This document shows, piece after piece, positions 1-7,630 of a DNA stretch of 64,000 bases. Under the pieces are notes generated by a model. It did not search any database. It saw only the letters and a list, made by a program, of their open reading frames with translations, and had not been told where the DNA came from. Each line of letters begins with the position of its first letter. Position 1 is the stretch's first letter. The stretch spans positions 791,808 through 855,807 of the forward strand of contig CBDBOV010000006.1 of assembly GCA_965208575.1 (NCBI GenBank), given 5' to 3'. A program made the position numbers and the translations under genes. This DNA is from Spirochaetia bacterium (GTDB taxonomy: Bacteria; Spirochaetota; Spirochaetia; SZUA-6; Bin103).

Positions 1-135
1 GGGGGGACGCGCCGGCTGCCTCGGTGCCAACCGGCCACGGCGCTGACTGTCATTTCGGCACGATGTGCCCATTTATCGATTGGCCCCAGTGCAACGAATG
101 CTCACACGCGCGGGCAAACGTGTCAACCACCCACC
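1..135 (-). repeat. Poly-G-box repeat element, copy 1 (cut by window edge), with promoter-like TTGACA/extended -10 on minus strand
   Basis: Starts with a G run (1-6). It then follows the order gcgccggctgc..aaccggccacggcgctgactgtcat..atgctcacacgcgcgggcaaacgtgtcaaccac, as at 4960-5210 and (inverted) 23845-23990. On the minus strand this reads TTGACA (126-121), a 17-nt spacer, then tgtGAGCAT (113-108). Confidence 0.6.
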
Positions 136-318
136 CGTCGCGGCGGCCTGCCGCTGGAGGTTGTCGAGGTTTTTGACCAGTGAGCCGCGCCTCTGCTACT
201 GTGGTTGGCATGGCGGCGTGGAGATTCGCGCATCCAGTGCTACAACGGCCCGGCGGATGAAGACCATTGGATTCGCTTCGAGAACTTCTGCATCAAGCGA
301 CTAGCGTAACAATGTTGA

Positions 319-821
319 CCGTCGGCTCCCGCAACCTGCCGGAGTGCCCTGAACTGTCGTGAGCGAAGACCTTCACTACGCACCATTGCCGGGGTCGCGG
401 CGCTCATCAGGGCGCAGCGGCTGTCGCCGGTGGAGCTGACCAGGAGCGTACTGGCCCGCATCGACCGGCTCGACAGCGATCTGCACAGCTACGCCACGGT
501 GATGGAGGAGCAGGCGCTGTCGAGCACATCGATGTCCTTGCCTGCCCAGCCATGCCCGATCTCCCCTTCCCGGTCACACCGGAAGCGCTGCGCTCCTCGC
601 CGCCGGTCGTCGACGAGGGCGTCTTTCGGCTGCAGCGGTTCACGGTGCCGTTCGACTACAACGGCGCGCCGACGCTCACGCTGCCGTGCGGACTGAGCAG
701 CGAGGGGTTGCCCCTGGCGCTGCAACTGGCCGGCAAACCGCTCGCCGAGCCGCTGCTGTGCCGGCTCGGCGCCGCCTACGAAGCCGCCACCGAGTGGCAC
801 GACCTGCATCCCGGCCGGTAG
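319..821 (+). pseudogene. Amidase (amidase-signature family) remnant: N-terminal ~50 codons joined out of frame to C-terminal ~100 codons
   Basis: The N-terminal part reads SLRTIAGVAALIRAQRLSPVELTRSVLARIDRLDSDLHSYATVMEEQAL. Around 505-515 the frame switches to VEHIDVLACPAMPDLPFPV...LPLALQLAGKPLAEPLLCRLGAAYEAATEWH, stopping at 821. The ~300-aa catalytic core is absent and there is no ATG/GTG start. Confidence 0.7.
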
Positions 822-888
822 AAGTGATCGACGTACTTGCCATCGCCATTAATCACCTCGTTGGGTCATGTTCCCCGGCATGCGCCCT

Positions 889-953
889 CGCTCAACCGAC
901 GCGGCGCCGCTGCCGGCGAGACGACCGCCGCCACCCCGCAGCCGGTCGATCAT
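889..953 (-). pseudogene. Isolated OppC-type permease 3-prime tail remnant (scar C)
   Basis: The minus strand reads MIDRLRGGGGRLAGSGAASVE. This matches the C-terminal LLDPRLRGGGGRLGADAARSV tail of the intact permeases at 6294 and 28423. No permease body is attached. Confidence 0.55.
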
Positions 954-1091
954 GGTCATGTCCATGAAGTGGAACGGCGCCGGCGACCAGGCACAGCTCC
1001 CTGATCAGCCGCCGCAGCAGGTCGCGCAGGAACGACTGTGGAGAGGTGGGTCCTGTCTTGACGTACGAGCCGCACGCCATGATGCTGGACG

Positions 1092-2312
1092 GTGCCGAGG
1101 GGACCCGTGGCAGATACTATCCTGAGCCGGCTGGTATTCCAGCGCTTCCGCAGCCTTGCCAAGGAAGAGGTGAAGTTTGATAACCCGACCTTTCTGATCG
1201 GTCAGAACGGCTGTGGCAAGAGCAACTTCAGCGATGCAATTGCCTTCCTTGCGGAGGCGATGGCGTCTCCACTGCAAGCTGTCCTTGAGCATCGCGGGGG
1301 ATTTGCTGCGGTCAGTCATCGAGGTTCGGCGAGAGGCCGCTCGAACATGGGGCTCGCCGTCGAGCTTCATGATCCGGGTGCCGACATGAGCGAGGCTCGG
1401 TATGGCATAGAGTTGCGCGCGTCAACCGGTAGTGGGTTCCAGGTCGTACGCGAGCAGTGCGTGGTGACGCGACTGAATGGGTCCATTGCCTCGTTTGACC
1501 GCAGACCGGTCAACGGCTCCGTGGGCTGGAAGAGCAGTGTAAAATCCCTGGACCCCATTGTGGAACCGAATGCGTTGGCGCTTCCTCTGGTCGGTGGCGA
1601 CGCGCGCTTTCGGCCGGTTTTCCGTCTTCTATCGGATATGCGGGTGTGTCGGATCGAACCGGCGGCCGTTCGCGCTTTGCAGGACCCGGACGGCGGCGTA
1701 CGGCTGCAAGCCGACGGTAGCAACGCCGCCAGCGTGCTCCGGGAGATCCAACGACAATCCGCGACGGATTGGAAACGAATATGCGAACTTCTCCAATGTG
1801 TCGTCCCCGGAACCGTCGGCGTCCAGCTCAAGAGGCACGGCAACAAGCTGACCTTGGCGTTTAGTCAAGAGTGGGGAAAGTCGGCTCCGGTGAAGTTCGA
1901 AGCATTCAACATGTCAGACGGCACGCTTCGTGTGCTGGGCATCCTCGCAGCAATCTTCCAACGGCCGGCTCCCTCCCTTATCGTAATTGAAGAACCGGAA
2001 GCTACCGTGCATCCGGGCGCCATAGGGACGATTCTCGACGTATTGCGGCACGCGGGACGCTTCATGCAGGTCGTGGTGACGACGCACAGTCCCGATGTTC
2101 TCGATGCCCAGTGGATTGAGGATCGACACCTCCGCATCGCGAGTTGGGAGAGAGGCATTACCCGGGTCAGTACTGTCTCGCCTTCCGTTAGAGCGGCCCT
2201 TCGCGAGCACCTGATGGGTGCAGGTGAGTTGCTTCGTTCGAACGCCATGGCGGCGGCAAAAGAGTCGGATTCCGACAAGAGACGGTTTGAGTTGTTCGTC
2301 AAGGCCATGTGA
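1092..2312 (+). CDS. ABC/SMC-like AAA ATPase (AAA_15/AAA_21-type)
   Basis: 406-aa ORF with a GTG start. Motifs: Walker A GQNGCGKS, signature-like MSDGTLRVLG, Walker B SLIVIEEPEATVHP, H-loop VVTTHSPDV. The N-terminal pattern LVFQRFRSL...FLIGQNGCGKSNF is typical of OLD/AriA-like ATPases. Confidence 0.85.
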   Translation: MPRGPVADTILSRLVFQRFRSLAKEEVKFDNPTFLIGQNGCGKSNFSDAIAFLAEAMASPLQAVLEHRGGFAAVSHRGSARGRSNMGLAVELHDPGADMSEARYGIELRASTGSGFQVVREQCVVTRLNGSIASFDRRPVNGSVGWKSSVKSLDPIVEPNALALPLVGGDARFRPVFRLLSDMRVCRIEPAAVRALQDPDGGVRLQADGSNAASVLREIQRQSATDWKRICELLQCVVPGTVGVQLKRHGNKLTLAFSQEWGKSAPVKFEAFNMSDGTLRVLGILAAIFQRPAPSLIVIEEPEATVHPGAIGTILDVLRHAGRFMQVVVTTHSPDVLDAQWIEDRHLRIASWERGITRVSTVSPSVRAALREHLMGAGELLRSNAMAAAKESDSDKRRFELFVKAM

Positions 2313-2313
2313 G

Positions 2314-3216
2314 ATGCGAATCCAGCCGATCGTGGAGGGGCATGGAGATGTGGCGGCTCTGCCGGTATTGTTGCGCCGTCTGATCAAGGAAGCCCAAACC
2401 TGGAGCGTCGATGTCGGGCGACCGATACGAGTGCCGCGGGGGAAGATCGTGCAGCAGGCTGAAGTGGAGCGTGCGGTCCGACTGGCGCTTCTTCAACCGG
2501 AGTGCGGCGCTGTTCTCATCCTCTTCGACGGAGACAGAGACTGCCCGGCGCGATTGGGGCCGTCCGTACAGACGTGGGCGGCAGCACGAGCGGGCAACGT
2601 GCCGTGCAGTGTCGTTATCGCCCATCGGGAGTACGAGGCGTGGTTTCTGGCTGCAATAGAGTCGCTACGCGGCTATCGCGGTGTCCGGGACGATGCGGAA
2701 ACACATCCGAATCCGGAAGGCCCTCTTTGTGCGAAGGGACAGATGGAAGCACGAATGCACGCGGACGCAAGCTATCTCGAACGTATTGACCAGCCGGCGC
2801 TCAGCGCCCGGGCTCAGTGCGACCGTTCCAGCTTCTGCAGCGCCTTCCGGGCGCGCTCGGCGGCGCGGGCACCTACGCCGCCGGCCACCGAGCCACCGCC
2901 GCCACGCAGCCGCGGGTCGAGCCGGCGCAGCAGGTCGCGCCGAAACGACTGCCTCTTCGCCCCCTTCGCCGGTGGCGCCTGTGGCGCGAGTTCCAGGTCA
3001 CCAGGAAGTCGCATCTGTGAAAGGATGCCAGTGCCAAGTGCAGCGCATCACCACCCGGATCGGCGGGCATCACCTTGTGCCGGATGTACGTCTGCACGAT
3101 CTCGCCGATGGCCGGCTCAACGGGCACCAGCGGCAGGTCATGAACGAGGACCTGCCGCTGCGCACTGCGCTCCGGTATATCGCCAACCAGTTCATCCAGT
3201 ACGGCCGCGCTGGTGA
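2314..3216 (+). CDS. DUF4276-like (TOPRIM-like) protein; only about the first 165-180 codons look genuine
   Basis: The ATG lies 1 nt after the ATPase stop. Acidic motifs IVEGHGD and ILFDGDRD, plus HREYEAWFL, fit my recollection of DUF4276/TOPRIM. Past ~2810-2860 the open frame runs antisense through an oppC-tail scar and a PIN fragment, so the true C-terminus is probably lost or altered. Confidence 0.6.
   Translation: MRIQPIVEGHGDVAALPVLLRRLIKEAQTWSVDVGRPIRVPRGKIVQQAEVERAVRLALLQPECGAVLILFDGDRDCPARLGPSVQTWAAARAGNVPCSVVIAHREYEAWFLAAIESLRGYRGVRDDAETHPNPEGPLCAKGQMEARMHADASYLERIDQPALSARAQCDRSSFCSAFRARSAARAPTPPATEPPPPRSRGSSRRSRSRRNDCLFAPFAGGACGASSRSPGSRICERMPVPSAAHHHPDRRASPCAGCTSARSRRWPAQRAPAAGHERGPAAAHCAPVYRQPVHPVRPRW
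2860..2950 (-). pseudogene. Isolated OppC-type permease 3-prime tail remnant (scar D)
   Basis: The minus strand reads FRRDLLRRLDPRLRGGGGSVAGG. At DNA level cgcgacctgctg..ctcgacccgcggctgcgtggcggcgg matches the intact oppC tails. Confidence 0.5.
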
Positions 3217-3235
3217 CCAGTTCTCGTATCCCGCA
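2990..3235 (-). pseudogene. PIN-domain (VapC-like) toxin fragment, N-terminus replaced by an oppC fragment
   Basis: Reads ELVTSAAVLDELVGD...ADPGGDALHLALASFHRCDFLVTWNSRH, a PIN C-terminal pattern. At ~3240 the upstream sequence switches into the oppC frame ...NMFGDAVRD. Confidence 0.55.
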
Positions 3236-3244
3236 CCGCATCGC

Positions 3245-3570
3245 CAAACATGTTCAGGCAGTAAACGGTGAGAGTCAGAGCGAGACCAGGCCACAGAGCC
3301 AGCCATGGGGCAATTTCCATGAACTGACGCCCTTCCCGCTGAGCATGCCACCCCAGCTCGGAACACTCGGCGGCAGACCGAATCCGAGAAAGCTCAAGGA
3401 CGCCTCGCTGATGATCACTCCACCGATGTTGATGGTGAATATGACGATTACGACCGGCATGATATTGGGCAGGACGTGTCGGATGAATGTTCTCCATTTT
3501 GAGGAGCCGACCGACTCCGCCGCATCAAAATACGCATTCTCCTTTATGTCGATAACGGCTCCCGCACGCG
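3245..3570 (-). pseudogene. OppC-type permease, C-terminal half only, with an internal frameshift
   Basis: Two minus-strand frames together give AVIDIKENAYFDAAESVGSSKWRTFIRHVLPNIMPVVIVIFTINIGGVIISEASLSFLGFGLPPSVPSWGGMLSGKG / RQFMEIAPWLALWPGLALTLTVYCLNMFGDAVRD. The N-terminal ~150 codons expected after the oppB stop are missing. Confidence 0.75.
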
Positions 3571-3630
3571 GTACCCAGTGGCTTCGTCCGCCACATCCTG
3601 GTAAGGAAATCAGCGAAGTTGTTGCGGTCT

Positions 3631-4635
3631 CTATTCATAGCGGACCCTGGGGTCCAAGTATGGATAAACCAGGTCAATCGCCAGATTGATCCCGATGACC
3701 GCGGTGGCGAACAATAGGTTGATTCCGGAAACCACTGGGTAGTCCCTCGCATTGAGGGCAAGCACGAAGACACGACCTATCCCCGGCAGGTTGAAGATGT
3801 TCTCCATGATAACGGAGCCGCCTACCAGGATAGGCATCTGCAGGCCGATCAGCGTAACCACCGGGATGAGGGCATTCTTGACGGCGTGCCTGATAACAAC
3901 TGCCCTCTCCTTGAGTCCTTTTGACCAGGCGGTCCTGATATAGTCTTGCCTGAGCACCTCCAGCATCATGGTGCGCGTCATCCGCATTGTGGCTGCAGCC
4001 ATGCCCGTCCCCAGAATCAGGCTGGGAATGATGAACACCCCCAGATTCTCCAGCGGCCCTTCGGTGAAACGAAACCACTCCATCGGTGGTGACCAGCCCC
4101 ACCAGACTACCGGGTAGACCATGACCATGGTTCCGAGCCAGAAGTTAGGCGCTGCCAGGCCGATGATGGCAACGGAGCGCCCCGCGTAGTCGGCCGCCGT
4201 ATCCTGGCGAATCGCAGCGTAGATGCCGACTGGCAGCGCGATCACCAGCCCAATCACGATTGCCAGGAAGCCAAGCTCGATGGTTACCGGCAATCTACCG
4301 ACTATCTTCCTCGCTACCGGCAAACGGCCGCTTACCAGCGAGCGCCCGAGGCTGCCCTGAAGGAGACCCGTGAAATGAGACTCACCGGTACGCCAGTCAG
4401 GGGTCGGCAACACTCCTATCCAGCGTCCATACTGCACGTGGACGGGCACGTCCAGTCCCAGCATACGCTCGAGAGGTTCACGGTCCCTGCCGCCCGCTCT
4501 GTACACCGCCGCTTCAGACTCCATTACGTCGATGACATCGCCGGGGATGAAGCGCACCGAGAGGAAGACCAGGATGCTCAATATAAACAAGGTGGGGATT
4601 ATCAGCAATAACCGCCTGATGATGTAGGCTCTCAT
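3631..4635 (-). CDS. ABC permease, OppB/DppB family
   Basis: Intact 334-aa ORF. It reads MRAYIIRRLLLIIPTLF..., then TMRMTRTMMLEVLRQDYIRTAWSKGL, and ends DLVYPYLDPRVRYE. It is a paralog of 26510-27472. Confidence 0.9.
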   Translation of the reverse strand: MRAYIIRRLLLIIPTLFILSILVFLSVRFIPGDVIDVMESEAAVYRAGGRDREPLERMLGLDVPVHVQYGRWIGVLPTPDWRTGESHFTGLLQGSLGRSLVSGRLPVARKIVGRLPVTIELGFLAIVIGLVIALPVGIYAAIRQDTAADYAGRSVAIIGLAAPNFWLGTMVMVYPVVWWGWSPPMEWFRFTEGPLENLGVFIIPSLILGTGMAAATMRMTRTMMLEVLRQDYIRTAWSKGLKERAVVIRHAVKNALIPVVTLIGLQMPILVGGSVIMENIFNLPGIGRVFVLALNARDYPVVSGINLLFATAVIGINLAIDLVYPYLDPRVRYE

Positions 4636-4767
4636 ATCCTTCGTGGTAAAAGGGCGCCGGGAAGCCCGAGGCTCCCGGCGCCCTTCGATGCAGCCAGAAC
4701 GAGCGCGAAAACGCTCGTGGACCCCGCCCCTAGGCGCGGTCCCGGCTGCAACGCCGCAGGCGTCGCG

Positions 4768-4925
4768 TCAGAAACCCATTCCTCTCTTCAGATCCTGGTC
4801 GATCCAGAGGCGAGGAACGACGACTCCAGCGTCTATCGTTTCACCGTTAAAGCCAGTGACCCACGGCTGCGTCACAGTAAATACCAGCGCTCTACCAAGC
4901 CATAGATGCCAGTGGTTCTCTACGG
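4768..4925 (-). pseudogene. Family-5 SBP, C-terminal ~50 codons only
   Basis: The minus strand reads ENHWHLWLGRALVFTVTQPWVTGFNGETIDAGVVVPRLWIDQDLKRGMGF-stop. This aligns with the C-terminus of SBP 24596-26401 (..QPWIIGFNNENWMGNGQVLVVFTRLWIDQDLKTEMGY). Confidence 0.75.
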
Positions 4926-4959
4926 GGCGGTCAGCCGGAGCGGTGAGTTTGGTTCAAAA

Positions 4960-5210
4960 AGGTTGCCCCGCCGGGGGGGGGGGCAGGATGCACTGGCTGC
5001 GTCACAACTAACCGGTCACTGCGCTTACGCCATCCTTGCGCGTCATCGGGGTCACCGGGGTGAGCGAAGGTCACCGGCAACCCGTCACTGCGCTGACTGT
5101 CATCATGACGCTTCATCAGCATCCGTCGCCCCAGGCGAGGCACGCTAGCACGTTAGCATAGGCGCGGCGCGCCTGTCAACGACTCGGCGGTCACCGGGGG
5201 GTCACCGGGT
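4960..5210 (-). repeat. Poly-G-box repeat element, copy 2 (11-nt G run at 4973-4983)
   Basis: Same order of blocks as copy 1 (1-135), with an internal duplication of aacc(g/c)gtcactgcgct and four GGTCACCGG motifs. The minus-strand TTGACA is retained but its -10 is degenerate. Confidence 0.6.
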
Positions 5211-5223
5211 GCGATCAGCACGA

Positions 5224-5300
5224 TCAGCCCGCGCCGCCGGCGCAGCGGCGCCCGCCACCCCTGAGCCTCGGGTCCAGCAGGTCCCGCACCGCGTCGCCGG
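5224..5300 (-). pseudogene. Isolated OppC-type permease 3-prime tail remnant (scar E)
   Basis: The minus strand reads GDAVRDLLDPRLRGGGRRCAGGAG-stop. It lies directly upstream (in the minus sense) of repeat copy 2. Confidence 0.55.
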
Positions 5301-5503
5301 TCAGGTTGCTCAGTGGGGTTCGGCTCGAAACACCGGAATCCGGCGCTCGGTCTTGTTACCGACGTGCGTCGCCACGATTACCGGCAGCCCGATCATTTGT
5401 GCTCACGAGCTATGAGGTACGGTCGCACTATGCTTGAATAGACCATTGAGGTCGAATGGACGAATACATGGTACTCGTGTATCGTGTAACCGGTCAGGCA
5501 GAA

Positions 5504-5794
5504 ATGATACAGTCCTTTGCCGATGAGACGACCGCGGATCTGTTTCGTGAGCGCAACACGCGTCAATCGAGACGGATTCCACGAGATGTCTGGCGCGCCG
5601 CGCAACGGAAGCTGAAGGCCTTGGACGTGGCGGCCGGGCTCGACGACCTGCGGACTCCCGCGGGCAATCGACTGGAACGGTTGCGCGGTGCACAGCCCGA
5701 ACGGTACAGCATGAGAGTCAACGATCAGTACCGCCTGACGTTTCGATGGGAGGATGGCCATGCCTACGAGGTCTGCGTCGAAGACTATCACTAG
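5504..5794 (+). CDS. higB: HigB toxin (RelE/ParE superfamily, killer protein)
   Basis: Reads MIQSFADETTADLFRERNTR...NRLERLRGAQPERYSMRVNDQYRLTFRWEDGHAYEVCVEDYH, matching the HigB consensus. The ORF is open from 5456, but the start at MIQSF is the more likely one. Confidence 0.85.
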   Translation: MIQSFADETTADLFRERNTRQSRRIPRDVWRAAQRKLKALDVAAGLDDLRTPAGNRLERLRGAQPERYSMRVNDQYRLTFRWEDGHAYEVCVEDYH

Positions 5795-6062
5795 AGACCC
5801 GAGTTGGCTCGGGCCGGCGATTTCTCCGGGCGAGATGTTGCTCGAGGAGTTCATCAAGCCACTCGGTCTGCGTCAGAAGGATGCGGCGCGGCAGCTTGGG
5901 ATTTCGTTGAATCGGCTGAACGAAGTGGTGCGCGGCCGGCGGCGCATCACCGCGGACACGGCGATAAGATTGTCGAGCCTGTTGCAAACCTCTCCGCAGT
6001 TCTGGATGCGGCTGCAGGCGGACTGGGACCTGCACCAAGCCCTGGAGCGCACCGCGTCGTAG
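5754..6062 (+). CDS. higA: HigA antitoxin (XRE-type HTH)
   Basis: Reads ISPGEMLLEEFIKPLGLRQKDAARQLGISLNRLNEVVRGRRRITADTAIRLSSLLQTSPQFWMRLQADWDL. It overlaps the end of higB. The exact start (5754 or 5760) is uncertain. Confidence 0.85.
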   Translation: MAMPTRSASKTITRDPSWLGPAISPGEMLLEEFIKPLGLRQKDAARQLGISLNRLNEVVRGRRRITADTAIRLSSLLQTSPQFWMRLQADWDLHQALERTAS

Positions 6063-6189
6063 CCTGCGGGGACACGAAGTGAGGCTGGCCGACATCCGCC
6101 TGGTGGTCGATCATCCGCGCATCGTGGCCGCGGTCAGCGAGCTGCTGGCGGACGAGGTGTGCCTGTCGGCGTTCGACCGTCATACTTGA

Positions 6190-6297
6190 GTGAAGCGGAC
6201 CGCGCTGCTGCGTCACCTCCGTCGCCACGGTTGCTGCCTGAAGCGTGAGGGCAGGTCCCACTCGCTGTGGGGAGAATCCGCTGACCGAGGAGCTTAA
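6190..6297 (+). pseudogene. HicA-like toxin, N-terminal remnant (~27 genuine codons)
   Basis: Reads VKRTALLRHLRRHGCCLKREGRSHSLWG, matching the HicA N-terminal pattern, and then degenerates. Its stop overlaps the stop of the convergent oppC at 6294-6297. A 36-codon ORF at 6079-6189 ends at TGA (6187-6189), abutting this GTG (6190) in a TGAGTG arrangement. Confidence 0.5.
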
Positions 6298-7030
6298 ACC
6301 GATCTGGCGGCATCGGCGCCGAGACGACCGCCGCCACCGCGCAGCCGCGGGTCGAGCAGGTCTCTGAGGGCGTCACCCAACATGTTGAAACTGTACACCA
6401 CGGTCGTCAGGCACAGCCCCGGCCAGAGCGCCAGCCAGGGGGCCTGCTCCATGTACTTGCGCCCTTCCCGGCTGAGCATGCCGCCCCAGTCAGGAATGCC
6501 CGGTGGCAGACCGTAGCCGAGGAAGCCCAGAGCAGCCAACGACATGATCACCCCACCGATGTTGATCGAGAACACAATGATGACCGGTGCCATGATGTTG
6601 GGCAGGACATGGCGGCTCAGGATCTTGCTGGTGGGGGTGCCCACGGCCTGGGCCGCCAGAAAATAGTCGTTCTCCTTGATACCGATCACCGCGCTTCTCA
6701 TGACCCTCGAGCCGCTGATGCCTCCGGCGATCCCCAGGACCACGATGATCTGGGGGAGACCCCTTCCCACAATGGACATGATGGTGAGCAAGAGCAGCAA
6801 TCCCGGAAACGCCATCCAGGCATCGACAAAGCGCTGCACCGCCAGATCCAATCTACCCCCAAGGAATCCGGAAGTGCCGCCGACCAGGACAGCGACGACG
6901 ATATTCAGCGCAGTCGCGGCCACACCGACGAGGACGGAGATACGAGCCCCGAAGATCAGCCGGCTGAGCAAGTCTCGTCCCGCCTGGTCGGTACCCAGAA
7001 GATACTGCGACGACGGACCTGCAAGCCTGT
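6294..7030 (-). pseudogene. OppC-type permease lacking its first ~70 codons, fused to an oppB fragment
   Basis: Reads ..IDRLAGPSSQYLLGTDQAGRDLLSRLIFGARISVLVG...NMLGDALRDLLDPRLRGGGGRLGADAARSV. The N-terminal TM segment seen in 27548-28423 is absent, and the junction with oppB is at ~7030-7045. Confidence 0.75.
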
Positions 7031-7560
7031 CTATAGTCCTGCCGGAGCACCTCCAGCATCATGGTGCGCGTCATCCGCATCGTGCTGGCAGCAAGGGCGG
7101 TGCCCAGAATCAGGGCCGGAATCAGAAACATCCCGAGATTCCCCAGCGGGTCTTCGGCGAACGGAATCAGCTCTATCGGCGGCGACCAGCCCCACCAGAT
7201 TGCGGGGTAGAGCATGACCATGACTCCGAGCCAGAAGTTCGGCGTTGCCAAGCCGATGATGGCGGCGGTGCGCCCTACGTAATCGGCGACGGTGTCCTGG
7301 CGGATCGCCGAGTAGACGCCGACGGGCAGGGCTATGACCAGCCCGATTACGATTGCCAGGGCACCAAGCTCGATGGTTACCGGCAATCTCCCGATGATGA
7401 TCTCCTCTATCGGAAAAGGAGCGCCAAACAGTGATTCGCCAAAGGTGCCCTGGAGGAAACCTCTGAAGTGGGACTCACCGGTAATCCAGTCAGGGGTCGG
7501 CAACACTCCTAGCCAGCGTCCATACTGCACGTAGACCGGCACGTCCAGTCCCAGCATACG
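7030..7560 (-). pseudogene. OppB-type permease, internal segment only (N- and C-termini deleted)
   Basis: Begins at (E)RMLGLDVPVYVQYGRW, only ~70 nt after the SBP stop, so ~55 N-terminal codons are missing. It ends at TMRMTRTMMLEVLRQDY, where the frame changes into oppC. Confidence 0.75.
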
Positions 7561-7630
7561 CTTACCCCAAGTATGGGAGCTGGGAAGCGCGCTCGCAAGC
7601 GCCCGCCACCCAGCTCCGCAAGAGTTACTG

